A DNA stretch of 64,000 nucleotides from an uncultured Syntrophomonadaceae bacterium (GTDB lineage: Bacteria > Bacillota > Dethiobacteria > DTU022 > PWGO01): the NCBI GenBank assembly GCA_964636865.1, contig CAZWVJ010000007.1:4353-68352 (forward strand), given 5' to 3'. The translations under genes and the position numbers were made by a program. Positions 30,386-41,576 of the stretch are shown piece by piece. The notes under the pieces are model-generated. The model did not search any database. It was not told where the DNA came from and saw only the letters and a program-made list of their open reading frames with translations. Each line of letters opens with the position of its first letter. The first letter of the stretch is position 1.

Positions 30386-31114
30386 ATGACTATAAAATTT
30401 TTACCCGCAGACTTGCATGTTCATACTATAGCCAGTGGCCATGCTTATAGCAGTTTGGAAGAAATATGCCGCTCAGCTGCTTCAAAAGGTTTAGAAATGA
30501 TAGCTGTTACCGAACATGGCCCCGCTATGCCCGGAGGGCCTCATATGTATTATTTTGGGAATTCCAAAGTATTGCCTTCTTTTATCAATGGAGTAAGATT
30601 GCTTTTTGGCATAGAAGCTAATATTATCAACATGTACGGGGAGATAGATTTACCTTCGAATTATTTACAAAAACTTGATCTTGTTTGGGCGGGACTGCAT
30701 CCTCCTTGCATAGAATCAGGTGATCTTGAATTTAACACCTGCATGTTGATTAAAGCCTTGGAAAACCCTTATGTAGATGGAATAGTTCATCCCTGCAATC
30801 CTGAATTTCCTATTGATGCCGAACAAGTATTGCATAAGGCCAATGAAGAACAGAAATTAATTGAGATAAACAACAGCTCTGTTTTTGTAAGGCCGGGGAG
30901 TAGAGATAACAGCAGAAAAATTGCAATGCTGGCTGCTAAATTAGGAAACAGGGTAATGGTTAACAGCGATACTCATTTTTCCGGGGATGTGGGTAATATG
31001 AAGGCTGCATTGGAAATAATTGCGGAAGCTGGATTGTTGCTTGAACAGGTAATCAATACTAATCCGGCTTCAGTAATAGAGTTTAAAGAAAAACGACGTG
31101 ATGTAAAAGTATAG
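30386..31114 (+). CDS. PHP family phosphatase (YcdX-like)
   Basis: DLHVHTIASGHAYS, TEHGP and NSDTH; ATG at 30386 behind GGAGG. Confidence 0.9.
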   Translation: MTIKFLPADLHVHTIASGHAYSSLEEICRSAASKGLEMIAVTEHGPAMPGGPHMYYFGNSKVLPSFINGVRLLFGIEANIINMYGEIDLPSNYLQKLDLVWAGLHPPCIESGDLEFNTCMLIKALENPYVDGIVHPCNPEFPIDAEQVLHKANEEQKLIEINNSSVFVRPGSRDNSRKIAMLAAKLGNRVMVNSDTHFSGDVGNMKAALEIIAEAGLLLEQVINTNPASVIEFKEKRRDVKV

Positions 31115-31173
31115 TTTTTGAAATAATTATTATTGTATGTGTAGAGGTTCTTTAGAAAGGGGAGTCAGTTAAA

Positions 31174-32034
31174 TTGGAGGATATTCAATTTGTATTGATT
31201 ACGGGGCTATCCGGCGCCGGTAAAAGCTTGGCTCTGGATTATTTTGAAGATATGGGGTATTTTTGTGTAGATAATTTACCTCCGGTATTAATTCCCAAAT
31301 TTGCTGAAATGTGCATGCAATCAGAGGGAAAAGTTAGCAAAGTTGCGCTGGTTTGTGATATCCGGGGGCGTGATTTTTTTGACCAGCTTTTTGAAAGTCT
31401 TTCTGCGCTGGAATTTAAAGGTTTTCACTTTGAAATTCTATTTTTGGAAGCAACTCGTGAAGAACTGGTACGTCGATATAAGGAAACAAGGAGAATGCAC
31501 CCTTTAAAAGAAAATACTATTTTAGAATCTATTGATAAAGAAATATCGCTATTAAGTGAAATAAGGGGCAAGGCATCCAATATTATTGACACTTCCTATC
31601 TTAACCCTCACCAATTTAAAGAAAAATTGGCTTCTCTTTATGCGGGAAGTGAGCGGGGCAAACTTTTACAGGTCACCATTATATCTTTTGGATATAAATT
31701 TCTGATTCCCACAGATGCAGACCTGGTGTTTGATGTTAGGTTTTTGCCTAATCCGCACTATGTAGAGCAATTGCAACCTTTAACAGGTGAGAATACTCAG
31801 GTTAAAGAATATGTATGGAAATGGCCGGTTACCGGCAAGTTTTTTGAAAAAATAGAGGATCTTTTAATGTTTCTTCTTCCATATTATGTACGTGAAGGAA
31901 AAAGTCATTTGATTATTGCTATTGGATGTACCGGAGGCAAGCATCGTGCCGTAGTTATTGCCAATGATTTATTTCGCCTGTTGCAAGACGAAGGTTATTC
32001 CCCGGGGATTGAACACAGGGATATAAACAAATAA
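31174..32034 (+). CDS. rapZ: RNase adapter RapZ/YvcJ P-loop protein
   Basis: TGLSGAGKS, CVDNLP, FDVRFLPNP and GCTGGKHR. Confidence 0.93.
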   Translation: MEDIQFVLITGLSGAGKSLALDYFEDMGYFCVDNLPPVLIPKFAEMCMQSEGKVSKVALVCDIRGRDFFDQLFESLSALEFKGFHFEILFLEATREELVRRYKETRRMHPLKENTILESIDKEISLLSEIRGKASNIIDTSYLNPHQFKEKLASLYAGSERGKLLQVTIISFGYKFLIPTDADLVFDVRFLPNPHYVEQLQPLTGENTQVKEYVWKWPVTGKFFEKIEDLLMFLLPYYVREGKSHLIIAIGCTGGKHRAVVIANDLFRLLQDEGYSPGIEHRDINK

Positions 32035-32048
32035 TTTAGAACAAACAG

Positions 32049-33011
32049 GTGTGCAATATGAGCAGTAAAAATTCTTCTTATGCAAAAAAAGTAAAAAATG
32101 AACTGGTCCAAATGGAGAATGAAAAACTTTGCTGTCGATGGGCGGAATTGGCAGCCATTATTCATTTACGGGGTTATATAATACTACAGAGAAAAGTGCC
32201 TGTCTTAACTATTATTACTGATAATAATTCGGTGGCGCGTTATGTTTTTAAATTGCTAAAAGAATTGTTGGAGACTTATCCCAAGATTTTGCATCGCCAA
32301 AGTGAGAATGTTCTTCATGATTATTTCATTATCAAAATTGAGGAGGAAGTAGTTCTAAAGGAAATATTTCAACAATTGGAAATTAAAAAAAAGCATAATT
32401 GGATAAATATGCCCGGCGTAAGCGAAAAATTAGTTAAAAATAATTGCTGCCGCCGAAGCTATATACGGGGAAGCTTTTTAGCCGGGGGCTCCATAAATTC
32501 CCCTGAATCTGCTTATCATTTGGAAATATTTGTGGAATATGAAACTTATGCCCAATTTATAATTGATCTGCTACAAGGGTTTGGGATCAAAGCTTCCCTG
32601 CGCAAGCGGGAAAATGGTTACTATGTTTATCTAAAAAACGCTGAGGCTATCATGGAATTCTTGCGGGTTATAAAAGCTTATCCGGCCTTACTATATATGG
32701 AAGAAAAGAGGGTTATAAAAAGTTTAAAGAATTATACTAATCGTTCGGTTAATTGTGATACGGCTAACCTTGATAAAATAAGTAAAGCTGCTCATCAACA
32801 GTTGAACTCAATTGAAACTATCGAACAATTATCCGGTTTGAATAAGCTTCCCTTAACTTTACAAACAGCAGCGAAAACCAGGCGCAAATATCCTGAAGCT
32901 TCTCTCAAGGAGTTGGCGGAATTGAACCGACCTCCTTTAAGCAAATCCGGGATGAATTATCGCCTGAAAAGGTTAAACCAGATTGCTTTTCAATTGAAAA
33001 ATAAGTCTTGA
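32049..33011 (+). CDS. whiA: DNA-binding protein WhiA
   Basis: RGSFLAGGS, YHLE, NRSVNCDTANLDK and SKSGMNYRL (start may be ATG 32058). Confidence 0.93.
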   Translation: MCNMSSKNSSYAKKVKNELVQMENEKLCCRWAELAAIIHLRGYIILQRKVPVLTIITDNNSVARYVFKLLKELLETYPKILHRQSENVLHDYFIIKIEEEVVLKEIFQQLEIKKKHNWINMPGVSEKLVKNNCCRRSYIRGSFLAGGSINSPESAYHLEIFVEYETYAQFIIDLLQGFGIKASLRKRENGYYVYLKNAEAIMEFLRVIKAYPALLYMEEKRVIKSLKNYTNRSVNCDTANLDKISKAAHQQLNSIETIEQLSGLNKLPLTLQTAAKTRRKYPEASLKELAELNRPPLSKSGMNYRLKRLNQIAFQLKNKS

Positions 33012-33025
33012 AAGAGGTGAATATT

Positions 33026-34210
33026 TTGCAAAAACTCACGGTGAGAGATGTTCCGGTAAATGACAAACGGGCATTAGTGCGCGTAGATTTTAACGTGCCC
33101 ATGGAAAATGGAAAAGTGGCTGATGATGCCAGAATTAGGGCATCTCTTCCGACTATTCTTTATTTGGTGCAAAATGGAGCTCGTGTAATTTTAATATCTC
33201 ATATGGGGAGGCCTAAAGGGAAAATAGTAGAAAGTTTACGCCTGGATGAGGTTTCCAGTTGCCTTGCTGATCTTTTGGAGTTACCCGTGAAGAAAATTGA
33301 TCAGGTAGTAGGCAAAGAAGTAGAAAAAAGCGTTTCTGAGCTGGGAAAAGGTGAAGTTATGTTATTGGAAAATGTGCGCTTTGAGCCCGGGGAAGAAAAA
33401 AACGATGCAGAGTTAGCCCAAAAACTGGCTGATTTGGCAGATATATTCGTTAACGATGCTTTTGGAGCCGTACATCGCGCCCATGCTTCTACAGAAGGAG
33501 TGGCTAATTTATTGCCGGCTGTGGCCGGATTTTTGCTGGAAAAAGAGGTAAATGAGCTTCAAAGTTGCTTGCATAACCCAGATAGGCCTTTTACCGCCAT
33601 CTTTGGCGGTGCCAAGGTTTCGGATAAAATAGGAGTTATCCGAAAATTTTTGGATTTGGCGGATTATATAATTATTGGGGGAGGGATGGCAAATACATTT
33701 TTAGTAGCTAAAGGCTATGATATGGCTTCTTCTTTTTATGAGAGCTCGCAGGTGGATTTAGCCGTAGAGTTACTTGAATATGCCGATAATTGCAGCACGG
33801 TTATATCTTTACCTGAGGATTTAGTTATAGTTGAAGATTTAAGGGAAGAAGCTCCTTCCAAAGTGGTTAATGCCGATGCGGTTCCTGTAGGATGGCAATC
33901 TGTAGATATGGGGCCTCGCAGCGTAGATATTTTCTCCCGGCTGGTGGAAAAATCTCGTAAGATAGTGTGGAATGGCCCCTTAGGGGTTTTTGAAGTGTCT
34001 CCTTTTTATCGAGGCACTGAAGCTGTTGCCCGGGCAGCAATAGAGAGTGATGCTTATTTGCTGGTGGGTGGAGGGGATACTGCTGCAGCGTTTGAAAAAT
34101 TTGGTTTAGTAGATCAAGTAGATCATGTTTCTACCGGTGGGGGTGCTACCCTGGAATTTTTAGAGGGAAGAGATTTGCCGGGAATATCTGTTTTAAAGGA
34201 CTCAAATTAA
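33026..34210 (+). CDS. pgk: Phosphoglycerate kinase
   Basis: RVDFNVP, GGAKVSDK and HVSTGGGA; TTG at 33026 behind GAGGTG. Confidence 0.97.
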   Translation: MQKLTVRDVPVNDKRALVRVDFNVPMENGKVADDARIRASLPTILYLVQNGARVILISHMGRPKGKIVESLRLDEVSSCLADLLELPVKKIDQVVGKEVEKSVSELGKGEVMLLENVRFEPGEEKNDAELAQKLADLADIFVNDAFGAVHRAHASTEGVANLLPAVAGFLLEKEVNELQSCLHNPDRPFTAIFGGAKVSDKIGVIRKFLDLADYIIIGGGMANTFLVAKGYDMASSFYESSQVDLAVELLEYADNCSTVISLPEDLVIVEDLREEAPSKVVNADAVPVGWQSVDMGPRSVDIFSRLVEKSRKIVWNGPLGVFEVSPFYRGTEAVARAAIESDAYLLVGGGDTAAAFEKFGLVDQVDHVSTGGGATLEFLEGRDLPGISVLKDSN

Positions 34211-34285
34211 CTATAAAAAAATATGAAAAAGCAATTATGAAGAGATATTTTAAAATTTATAACATATAATAGGGGGTTAAAATAA

Positions 34286-35053
34286 GTGAAGGAATTGATT
34301 TTGGCTGCAAATTGGAAAATGCATAAGACGAATCAGGAAACAAGAGAATACTTAAGAAAATTTAAAGCTATGCGGGATGAGTTTAATTCAACAGAGGTTA
34401 TTTTTTGTCCACCTTTTACTTCTTTGCGAACTGCTGATGAAGAGCTTTATCCCACGTTTTTTAAATTGGGAGCGCAAAATATGTTATGGGAATCTGAAGG
34501 TGCTTATACTGGCGAAGTCTCCCCCTTAATGTTGAAAGACTTGGGAGTTCGCTACGTTATTATCGGTCATTCGGAAAGGCGTTGGATTTTGGGAGAAACT
34601 CACGAACAAATCAATAAAAAATTACAGGCTGTTTTTGAATACAACCTTATTCCCATTTATTGTGTTGGAGAAACCGAGGAGGTCCGTCAAGCCGGAGAAA
34701 CAGAGAGTATGATTTTAGAACAAATAGAGGAAGGCTTCCGAGGTATAGACTTTTCAGGGGTGAAAAATATAGTGATAGCTTATGAGCCGGTTTGGGCTAT
34801 CGGTACCGGATTAACTGCTTCCGGAGAAGACGCGCGGCATGCCAGCGCCTGTATAAAGAAAAAAATGGAAGAATATATTAATAGTGAGGTTACCCGCTTG
34901 AAAATTCTTTATGGGGGCAGTGTGAAAAAAGAAAATATTGGAGAATTTGTTTCTGAAGAAGGAATTCACGGTGCTTTGGTGGGCGGCGCCAGCCTGCAGG
35001 TTGATTCCTTTGCCGGGTTAATTAGAGCAGCTCAGGAAGCATTGGGAAAATAG
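34286..35053 (+). CDS. tpiA: Triosephosphate isomerase
   Basis: NWKM, GHSERR, AYEPVWAIGTG and LVGGASL. Confidence 0.97.
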   Translation: MKELILAANWKMHKTNQETREYLRKFKAMRDEFNSTEVIFCPPFTSLRTADEELYPTFFKLGAQNMLWESEGAYTGEVSPLMLKDLGVRYVIIGHSERRWILGETHEQINKKLQAVFEYNLIPIYCVGETEEVRQAGETESMILEQIEEGFRGIDFSGVKNIVIAYEPVWAIGTGLTASGEDARHASACIKKKMEEYINSEVTRLKILYGGSVKKENIGEFVSEEGIHGALVGGASLQVDSFAGLIRAAQEALGK

Positions 35054-35064
35054 GAGGAAGAAGA

Positions 35065-36621
35065 TTGCCTAAAACTGATTTATACAACCCTGTAGTCTTG
35101 ATAATTATGGATGGCTTGGGCTGCCGTTCTGAGATTGAAGGTAATGCTGTTGCCCAAGCTCATACTCCTAACTTGAAGAGATTCCAAAGTAATTATCCTT
35201 TTGCTTTACTGCGCGCTGCCGGAGAATCGGTGGGCTTGCCGGCGGGGCAAATGGGCAATTCGGAAGTAGGCCACCTGAACTTAGGAGCGGGGCGTATTGT
35301 TTATCAAGAGTTAACTCGCATCGACAAAGCTATCGAATCAGGGAAATTATGGCAAAATGAAGTTTTGCAGCAGGCCATGGAAAAAGTACAACAAAAGAAA
35401 TCTGCCTTGCATTTAATCGGCCTTCTTTCCGATGGAGGTGTGCATAGTCATATCAGTCATCTATTTGCTTTGTTGAAAATGGCCCGGCAATATGGTTTTA
35501 GGGATGACGTGTATATTCATGCCATACTTGACGGACGGGACGTGCCTCCCCAAAGCGCTATAAATTACCTGGAAGCATTAAAGGAGTTCTGTAAAACTCA
35601 TAGAGTAGGCACCATTGCCAGTGTTTCCGGACGTTATTACACAATGGATAGGGATAATCGTTGGGAAAGAACCCGCAAAGCTTATGATGCTTATGTTTAT
35701 GGGGCAGGAAATGTAATGGAAGACCCGGTAGAAGCAGTAAAAAATGCTTACCAACAGGGTGAAAATGATGAATTTGTTACCCCGGTTTTAATTGCTAAGT
35801 CGGGGGAAAAGCCCGTTACAATTCAGGAAGAAGATGCGGTGATATTTTTTAATTTTCGTCCGGATCGTATGCGTCAAATTGTGCGGACTTTCATGGAAAA
35901 AGAGGTTGAGGGGATAGATAGAGGCCCTGCTCCTGTTTTTCCTATTATGGCTACTCTTACGGAATATGACCCTGAATTTAACCTGCCGGTCGCTTATCCG
36001 CCTCAGTATCTTCGGAACACTTTGGGAGAATGGCTTTCGTTAAAAAACTACCGCCAGTTCAGGTTGGCTGAAACTGAAAAATATGCTCATGTTACTTTCT
36101 TTTTCAATGGAGGAAAAGAAGAACCTTTTCCCGGAGAAGAAAGATGTTTGATCCCTTCTCCTTCAGTGGCCACGTATGATCTTCAACCGGAAATGAGTGC
36201 GCCGGAGGTAACAGAGAAAGCTTGCCACGAAATATCCCGTAGATACTATTCTTTCATATTAGTAAATTTTGCCAACGCCGATATGGTAGGGCATACGGGA
36301 ATGATGAAAGAAGCTATCCGTGCTGTAGAGGCGGTAGACCAGGGAGTAGGTTCCATAGTAGAAACAGCCTTAACAGAAGGATACTATGTGTTGATTACGG
36401 CAGATCACGGCAACGCAGAAATTATGGTTGATTCAGAGACAAAAGCCTCCCATACCGCGCATTCTATCAGTGATGTGCCTTTCTTTTTGATAGATGACAC
36501 GCTTATATATACTCTGAAAGATGGAGGCATTCTTGCAGATATTGCTCCAACAGTATTGGATCTCCTGAATTTGCCACTGCCCCAGGAAATGACCGGTAGG
36601 AGTTTGTTAGCTTACCGTTAG
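35065..36621 (+). CDS. gpmI: 2,3-bisphosphoglycerate-independent phosphoglycerate mutase
   Basis: GQMGNSEVGH, ETEKYAHVTFF and TADHGNAE. Confidence 0.97.
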   Translation: MPKTDLYNPVVLIIMDGLGCRSEIEGNAVAQAHTPNLKRFQSNYPFALLRAAGESVGLPAGQMGNSEVGHLNLGAGRIVYQELTRIDKAIESGKLWQNEVLQQAMEKVQQKKSALHLIGLLSDGGVHSHISHLFALLKMARQYGFRDDVYIHAILDGRDVPPQSAINYLEALKEFCKTHRVGTIASVSGRYYTMDRDNRWERTRKAYDAYVYGAGNVMEDPVEAVKNAYQQGENDEFVTPVLIAKSGEKPVTIQEEDAVIFFNFRPDRMRQIVRTFMEKEVEGIDRGPAPVFPIMATLTEYDPEFNLPVAYPPQYLRNTLGEWLSLKNYRQFRLAETEKYAHVTFFFNGGKEEPFPGEERCLIPSPSVATYDLQPEMSAPEVTEKACHEISRRYYSFILVNFANADMVGHTGMMKEAIRAVEAVDQGVGSIVETALTEGYYVLITADHGNAEIMVDSETKASHTAHSISDVPFFLIDDTLIYTLKDGGILADIAPTVLDLLNLPLPQEMTGRSLLAYR

Positions 36622-36689
36622 CAAAAAGTGGAAATATATTATTTAAGTATTAAAAGCGTGATTACAAAATAATGAGATAGGAGGGATAG

Positions 36690-37985
<1,296 letters not shown>

Positions 37986-38102
37986 GTTTTAATTAGGTAA
38001 TTTGATGGAAAAAGAAAATAACCCTGTTGTTAAAATTAAGTTTGTTGTGGTAAAATATTTCTGCTTAAAAGGTTAATTTATAAGTTAAGGGGGAAGTATT
38101 TA

Positions 38103-38324
38103 ATGGAACTTGCTCTTACAGTGATATATATTTTGATTTGTATAGGATTAATAGCTACGGTGCTACTACAATCGGGCAGAAGTGCAGGTTTGTCCGGAGC
38201 GATTGGGGGAGGAGCTCAATCACTTTTTGGCAAGAAAAAGGGGTTGGATGATTTTTTCAGCAAGATTTCTACCGGGTTAGCCATTAGTTTTATGGTTTTA
38301 GCAATAATAATAACGGTGCTATAG
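38103..38324 (+). CDS. secG: Preprotein translocase subunit SecG
   Basis: Two TM segments and VLLQSGRSAGLSGAIGGG; located after eno. Confidence 0.93.
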   Translation: MELALTVIYILICIGLIATVLLQSGRSAGLSGAIGGGAQSLFGKKKGLDDFFSKISTGLAISFMVLAIIITVL

Positions 38325-38417
38325 ATTAATGCAAGCTTGGCAATTACTTGATCCTGGAAAGGTACAAGAACAAAGGTATTTTTTTGCCGACAAATGGCAA
38401 GGATTAATTATAAAGGC

Positions 38418-38445
38418 GGAGCAGGTTAAATCCTGTTCCCTTTTT
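38418..38445 (+). terminator. Intrinsic terminator after secG
   Basis: GGAGCAGG-TTAAAT-CCTGTTCC-CTTTTT. Confidence 0.65.
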
Positions 38446-38554
38446 ATTTAGCATATTTGATCTATATTCCTTAAAAATGATCTGTCTCCAGGTCTAAAGT
38501 TCTATTTTCTTAATTAATTGTTGATTAAATTATTATAGAGGGAGTTTAAAAAAA

Positions 38555-40369
38555 TTGAAGGATGATAAGCAAGCTAAGAAAACAACTAATAAAAAGAATG
38601 CTAAAAGTAAAAAAGGTGAAAATAGTTACCGGGAAAACTCAGATTCCTCAGACAATAAAACGAGGTCATATACTGTTAAAGGCACTTTTCAAAGTACCCG
38701 CCGCGGATTTGCATTTATAAGTACAGATTCCCAGAAAGACTCGGATATATTTATTCCGGCGCATAAAACGGGTGACGCTGTTCAGGGAGACAGGGTTAGC
38801 GTGAGAGTGAATCATAAAAAATCCGGTAAAAGGCGTGAAGGGGAAGTAACATCAATTCTGCAGTCTGCAGAAGACCAGCTGAAGGCAAAAGAAGAGTTCC
38901 CCAAAAAAGTTTTAAAAGAACTTCAGAAGTTTCCGGGTGAAGAGGAAATTGTATCAATTGCTGAAAAAGAAGACCGGCCCGATTTGAGAAATCATACAAT
39001 TATAACCGTTGATCCGGAGGATGCTCGGGATATAGACGATGGAATATCTTTGAGTACTCGCTCAGATGGTGGATATATTTTGGGGGTGCATATTGCTGAT
39101 GTAAGTTATTATGTCCGAGAAGGAAGCGCTGTTCACCGGGAAGCATTAAAAAGGGGGACCAGTATATACCTAGTTGATCGGGTTATTCATATGTTACCTC
39201 CGTTGCTTTCCCAGCAGTTATGCAGTTTACAAGAAAAAAAAGATCGCCTGGCAGTTAGCGTAATGATTGAACTTGATCAATGGGGGAAAATTGAAAAATA
39301 TGATATTTTTCCCAGTTTGCTAAAAGTTAGTCGTCAACTTAGCTATGAGAAAGCTGAGGCTTTTATTTTTGGAGAGACAAGCGAAGATAAAGATGAAACA
39401 ACTCTTGCAGAGATGCTGCAGCAAATGGATGCCCTGGCTTCTATGTTAAACAGCAAAAGAATAAAAAGAGGGGCGTTAAACCTCAATTTGCCGGAATCGA
39501 TGATTAAATTGGATGAAGACGGGAAACCTGTTTCTGTCTTCCCCAAGGAGCCCGGAAGAGCTGAAAGTATTATTGAAGAATTTATGCTTTTGGCTAACGA
39601 AATTATAGCAGAGCATTTTGATGAAGCTGGTATTCCTTTTATTTACAGGGTTCATCCACGACCTACGGAAGAAAAAATGCATATTTTTCGCAACATGTTG
39701 GCTCTTTTGGGTATTAAGCTACCCGGTAACCTGAAGAAAATCACTCCCCGAAAGATTCAAGATATTTTAGAAGAAGTTAAAGGCAGTTCCCTTGAAAAGA
39801 CGGTAAATTATATACTGCTGCGATCTTTGCCGCATGCCTACTACAGCGTAAGCAATGAAGCTCATTTTGGATTAGCGGCCAAGCATTATACACACTTTAC
39901 TTCACCTATAAGGCGTTTTCCCGATTTACAAATTCATGCCATATTAAAAGACTACCTAAGAGGCACTCTTTCGGATGAAAGGGAAACCTGGCTGGAAGAA
40001 CAACTTCCGCAGCGGGCAGAACATTCATCTCAAATGGAAAGAGCAGCCATGGAAGCAGAAAGAGAAAGTATTGACCGCAAAAAAATAGAATTTATGCAGG
40101 GAAAGGAAGGCGAAAATTTTTCCGGTGTTATTAGCGGAGTTACTTCTTTCGGACTTTTTGTGGAGTTGGAAAATACCATAGAAGGACTGGTCCTCCTGGA
40201 AGATTTAACGGATGACTATTACCGGTTTTATGAACAGTTAATGGCGGTGATAGGAAAGAACAAAGGGAAAAAATACAGCATTGGAGACTTCTTAACAGTC
40301 CAAGTTTCTAAAGTTGACATGACCAAAAAAACCATATATTTCTTACCGGTGGATGATGAGGAAGCTTAA
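38555..40369 (+). CDS. rnr: Ribonuclease R (RNB family), shortened architecture
   Basis: Catalytic TVDPEDARDIDD, HFTSPIRR and C-terminal S1 domain; located after secG. Confidence 0.88.
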   Translation: MKDDKQAKKTTNKKNAKSKKGENSYRENSDSSDNKTRSYTVKGTFQSTRRGFAFISTDSQKDSDIFIPAHKTGDAVQGDRVSVRVNHKKSGKRREGEVTSILQSAEDQLKAKEEFPKKVLKELQKFPGEEEIVSIAEKEDRPDLRNHTIITVDPEDARDIDDGISLSTRSDGGYILGVHIADVSYYVREGSAVHREALKRGTSIYLVDRVIHMLPPLLSQQLCSLQEKKDRLAVSVMIELDQWGKIEKYDIFPSLLKVSRQLSYEKAEAFIFGETSEDKDETTLAEMLQQMDALASMLNSKRIKRGALNLNLPESMIKLDEDGKPVSVFPKEPGRAESIIEEFMLLANEIIAEHFDEAGIPFIYRVHPRPTEEKMHIFRNMLALLGIKLPGNLKKITPRKIQDILEEVKGSSLEKTVNYILLRSLPHAYYSVSNEAHFGLAAKHYTHFTSPIRRFPDLQIHAILKDYLRGTLSDERETWLEEQLPQRAEHSSQMERAAMEAERESIDRKKIEFMQGKEGENFSGVISGVTSFGLFVELENTIEGLVLLEDLTDDYYRFYEQLMAVIGKNKGKKYSIGDFLTVQVSKVDMTKKTIYFLPVDDEEA

Positions 40370-40414
40370 AGGCAAAATAAATGATCAAGTATCGCAGCAC
40401 TCTGAAACATTTAA

Positions 40415-40443
40415 TTGACATGGTCGGGGTTATTAGTCATAAT
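40415..40443 (+). promoter_or_regulatory. sigmaA promoter upstream of nadA
   Basis: TTGACA-17 nt-CATAAT. Confidence 0.6.
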
Positions 40444-40477
40444 GAATAACAAATTTGAGTGCCAGGAGGGGCTGAAA

Positions 40478-41395
40478 GTGGAAGAGGAAAACCTTCGGTT
40501 AATGAAAAGATTGGCGCATTTGAAAGAAACTAATGATGCTGTTATTTTAGCTCACAATTATCAATGGGGGGAAGTTCAGGATGCGGCTGATTTCGTAGGA
40601 GATTCACTTGATTTAAGCCAGATAGCGGTTAAGGTTGAGGCACAAACCATAGTTTTCTGCGGAGTTCATTTTATGGCGGAAAGTGCTTCTTTGCTTGCTC
40701 CTGAAAAGACGGTGATTTTGCCGGAAGTTTTAGCTGATTGTCCGCTGGCAAACATGATTACAGTAGAACAACTGAAAGAGGCTCGCAAAAATTATCCGGG
40801 TGTTCCGGTAGTAACTTATATTAATTCTTCTGCGGCAGTGAAAGCGGAAAGTGACATCTGCTGTACTTCTTCCAATGCTTTGGCGGTTGTTAATTCGTTG
40901 GAACAAGATAGAGTATTGTTTGTGCCGGATGCAAACCTTGCTTATCATGTATCCCGGCAGACAGATAAAGAAATTATTCCCTGGAAAGGCTATTGTATTA
41001 CCCATTACCGGGTAACTTCTGCTGAAGTAAATTGGGCCAGGAAAATGTATCCCGATTCTCCTATTATTGTTCACCCGGAATGCCCGCCGGAAGTAACTGC
41101 AGAGGCTGACCGTGTTTTGTCTACCGGCGGGATGGTGAAATATGCATCCGAGGCAAATGCAAAACGTATTATCGTGGGGACGGAGATGGGGATGCTTCAC
41201 CGTTTACAGAAAGAAAATCCGCAAAAAGAATTTTTATTACTTTCCAACGGCCTGGTTTGCCCCAACATGAAATATACTACTTTAGCAAAAGTAGTAGAGT
41301 CTTTAGAAAAAAAGGAAAATGTAATAACTGTACCGGAAGATATACGTCATAAAGCGGCTAGAACTGTTCAGTTGATGTTGGATATTAGCAATTAA
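40478..41395 (+). CDS. nadA: Quinolinate synthase
   Basis: ILAHNYQ, GDSL, FCGVHFMAE, HPEC and CPNMK; GTG at 40478 behind AGGAGG. Confidence 0.95.
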   Translation: MEEENLRLMKRLAHLKETNDAVILAHNYQWGEVQDAADFVGDSLDLSQIAVKVEAQTIVFCGVHFMAESASLLAPEKTVILPEVLADCPLANMITVEQLKEARKNYPGVPVVTYINSSAAVKAESDICCTSSNALAVVNSLEQDRVLFVPDANLAYHVSRQTDKEIIPWKGYCITHYRVTSAEVNWARKMYPDSPIIVHPECPPEVTAEADRVLSTGGMVKYASEANAKRIIVGTEMGMLHRLQKENPQKEFLLLSNGLVCPNMKYTTLAKVVESLEKKENVITVPEDIRHKAARTVQLMLDISN

Positions 41396-41576
41396 AATAT
41401 TTTGGTTTATTCTCGTAAATGTATTAATTTTTAGGATATAATAATTTAGATAAGTTGTTCAGGAGAGCAAATGGAAATTTTACAGGAGAATTATAGTAGT
41501 TTAAGAATAGTTATAAAGTGAAATTTATCATCCATTTCTACTTTTTGGAGTCTTTTTTTAATGGAAGGAGCTTTAG

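Noticed and set aside
38329-38451. 40-codon ORF after secG (MQAWQLLDPGK...)
   Set aside because: It has no convincing RBS and reads through the secG terminator hairpin.
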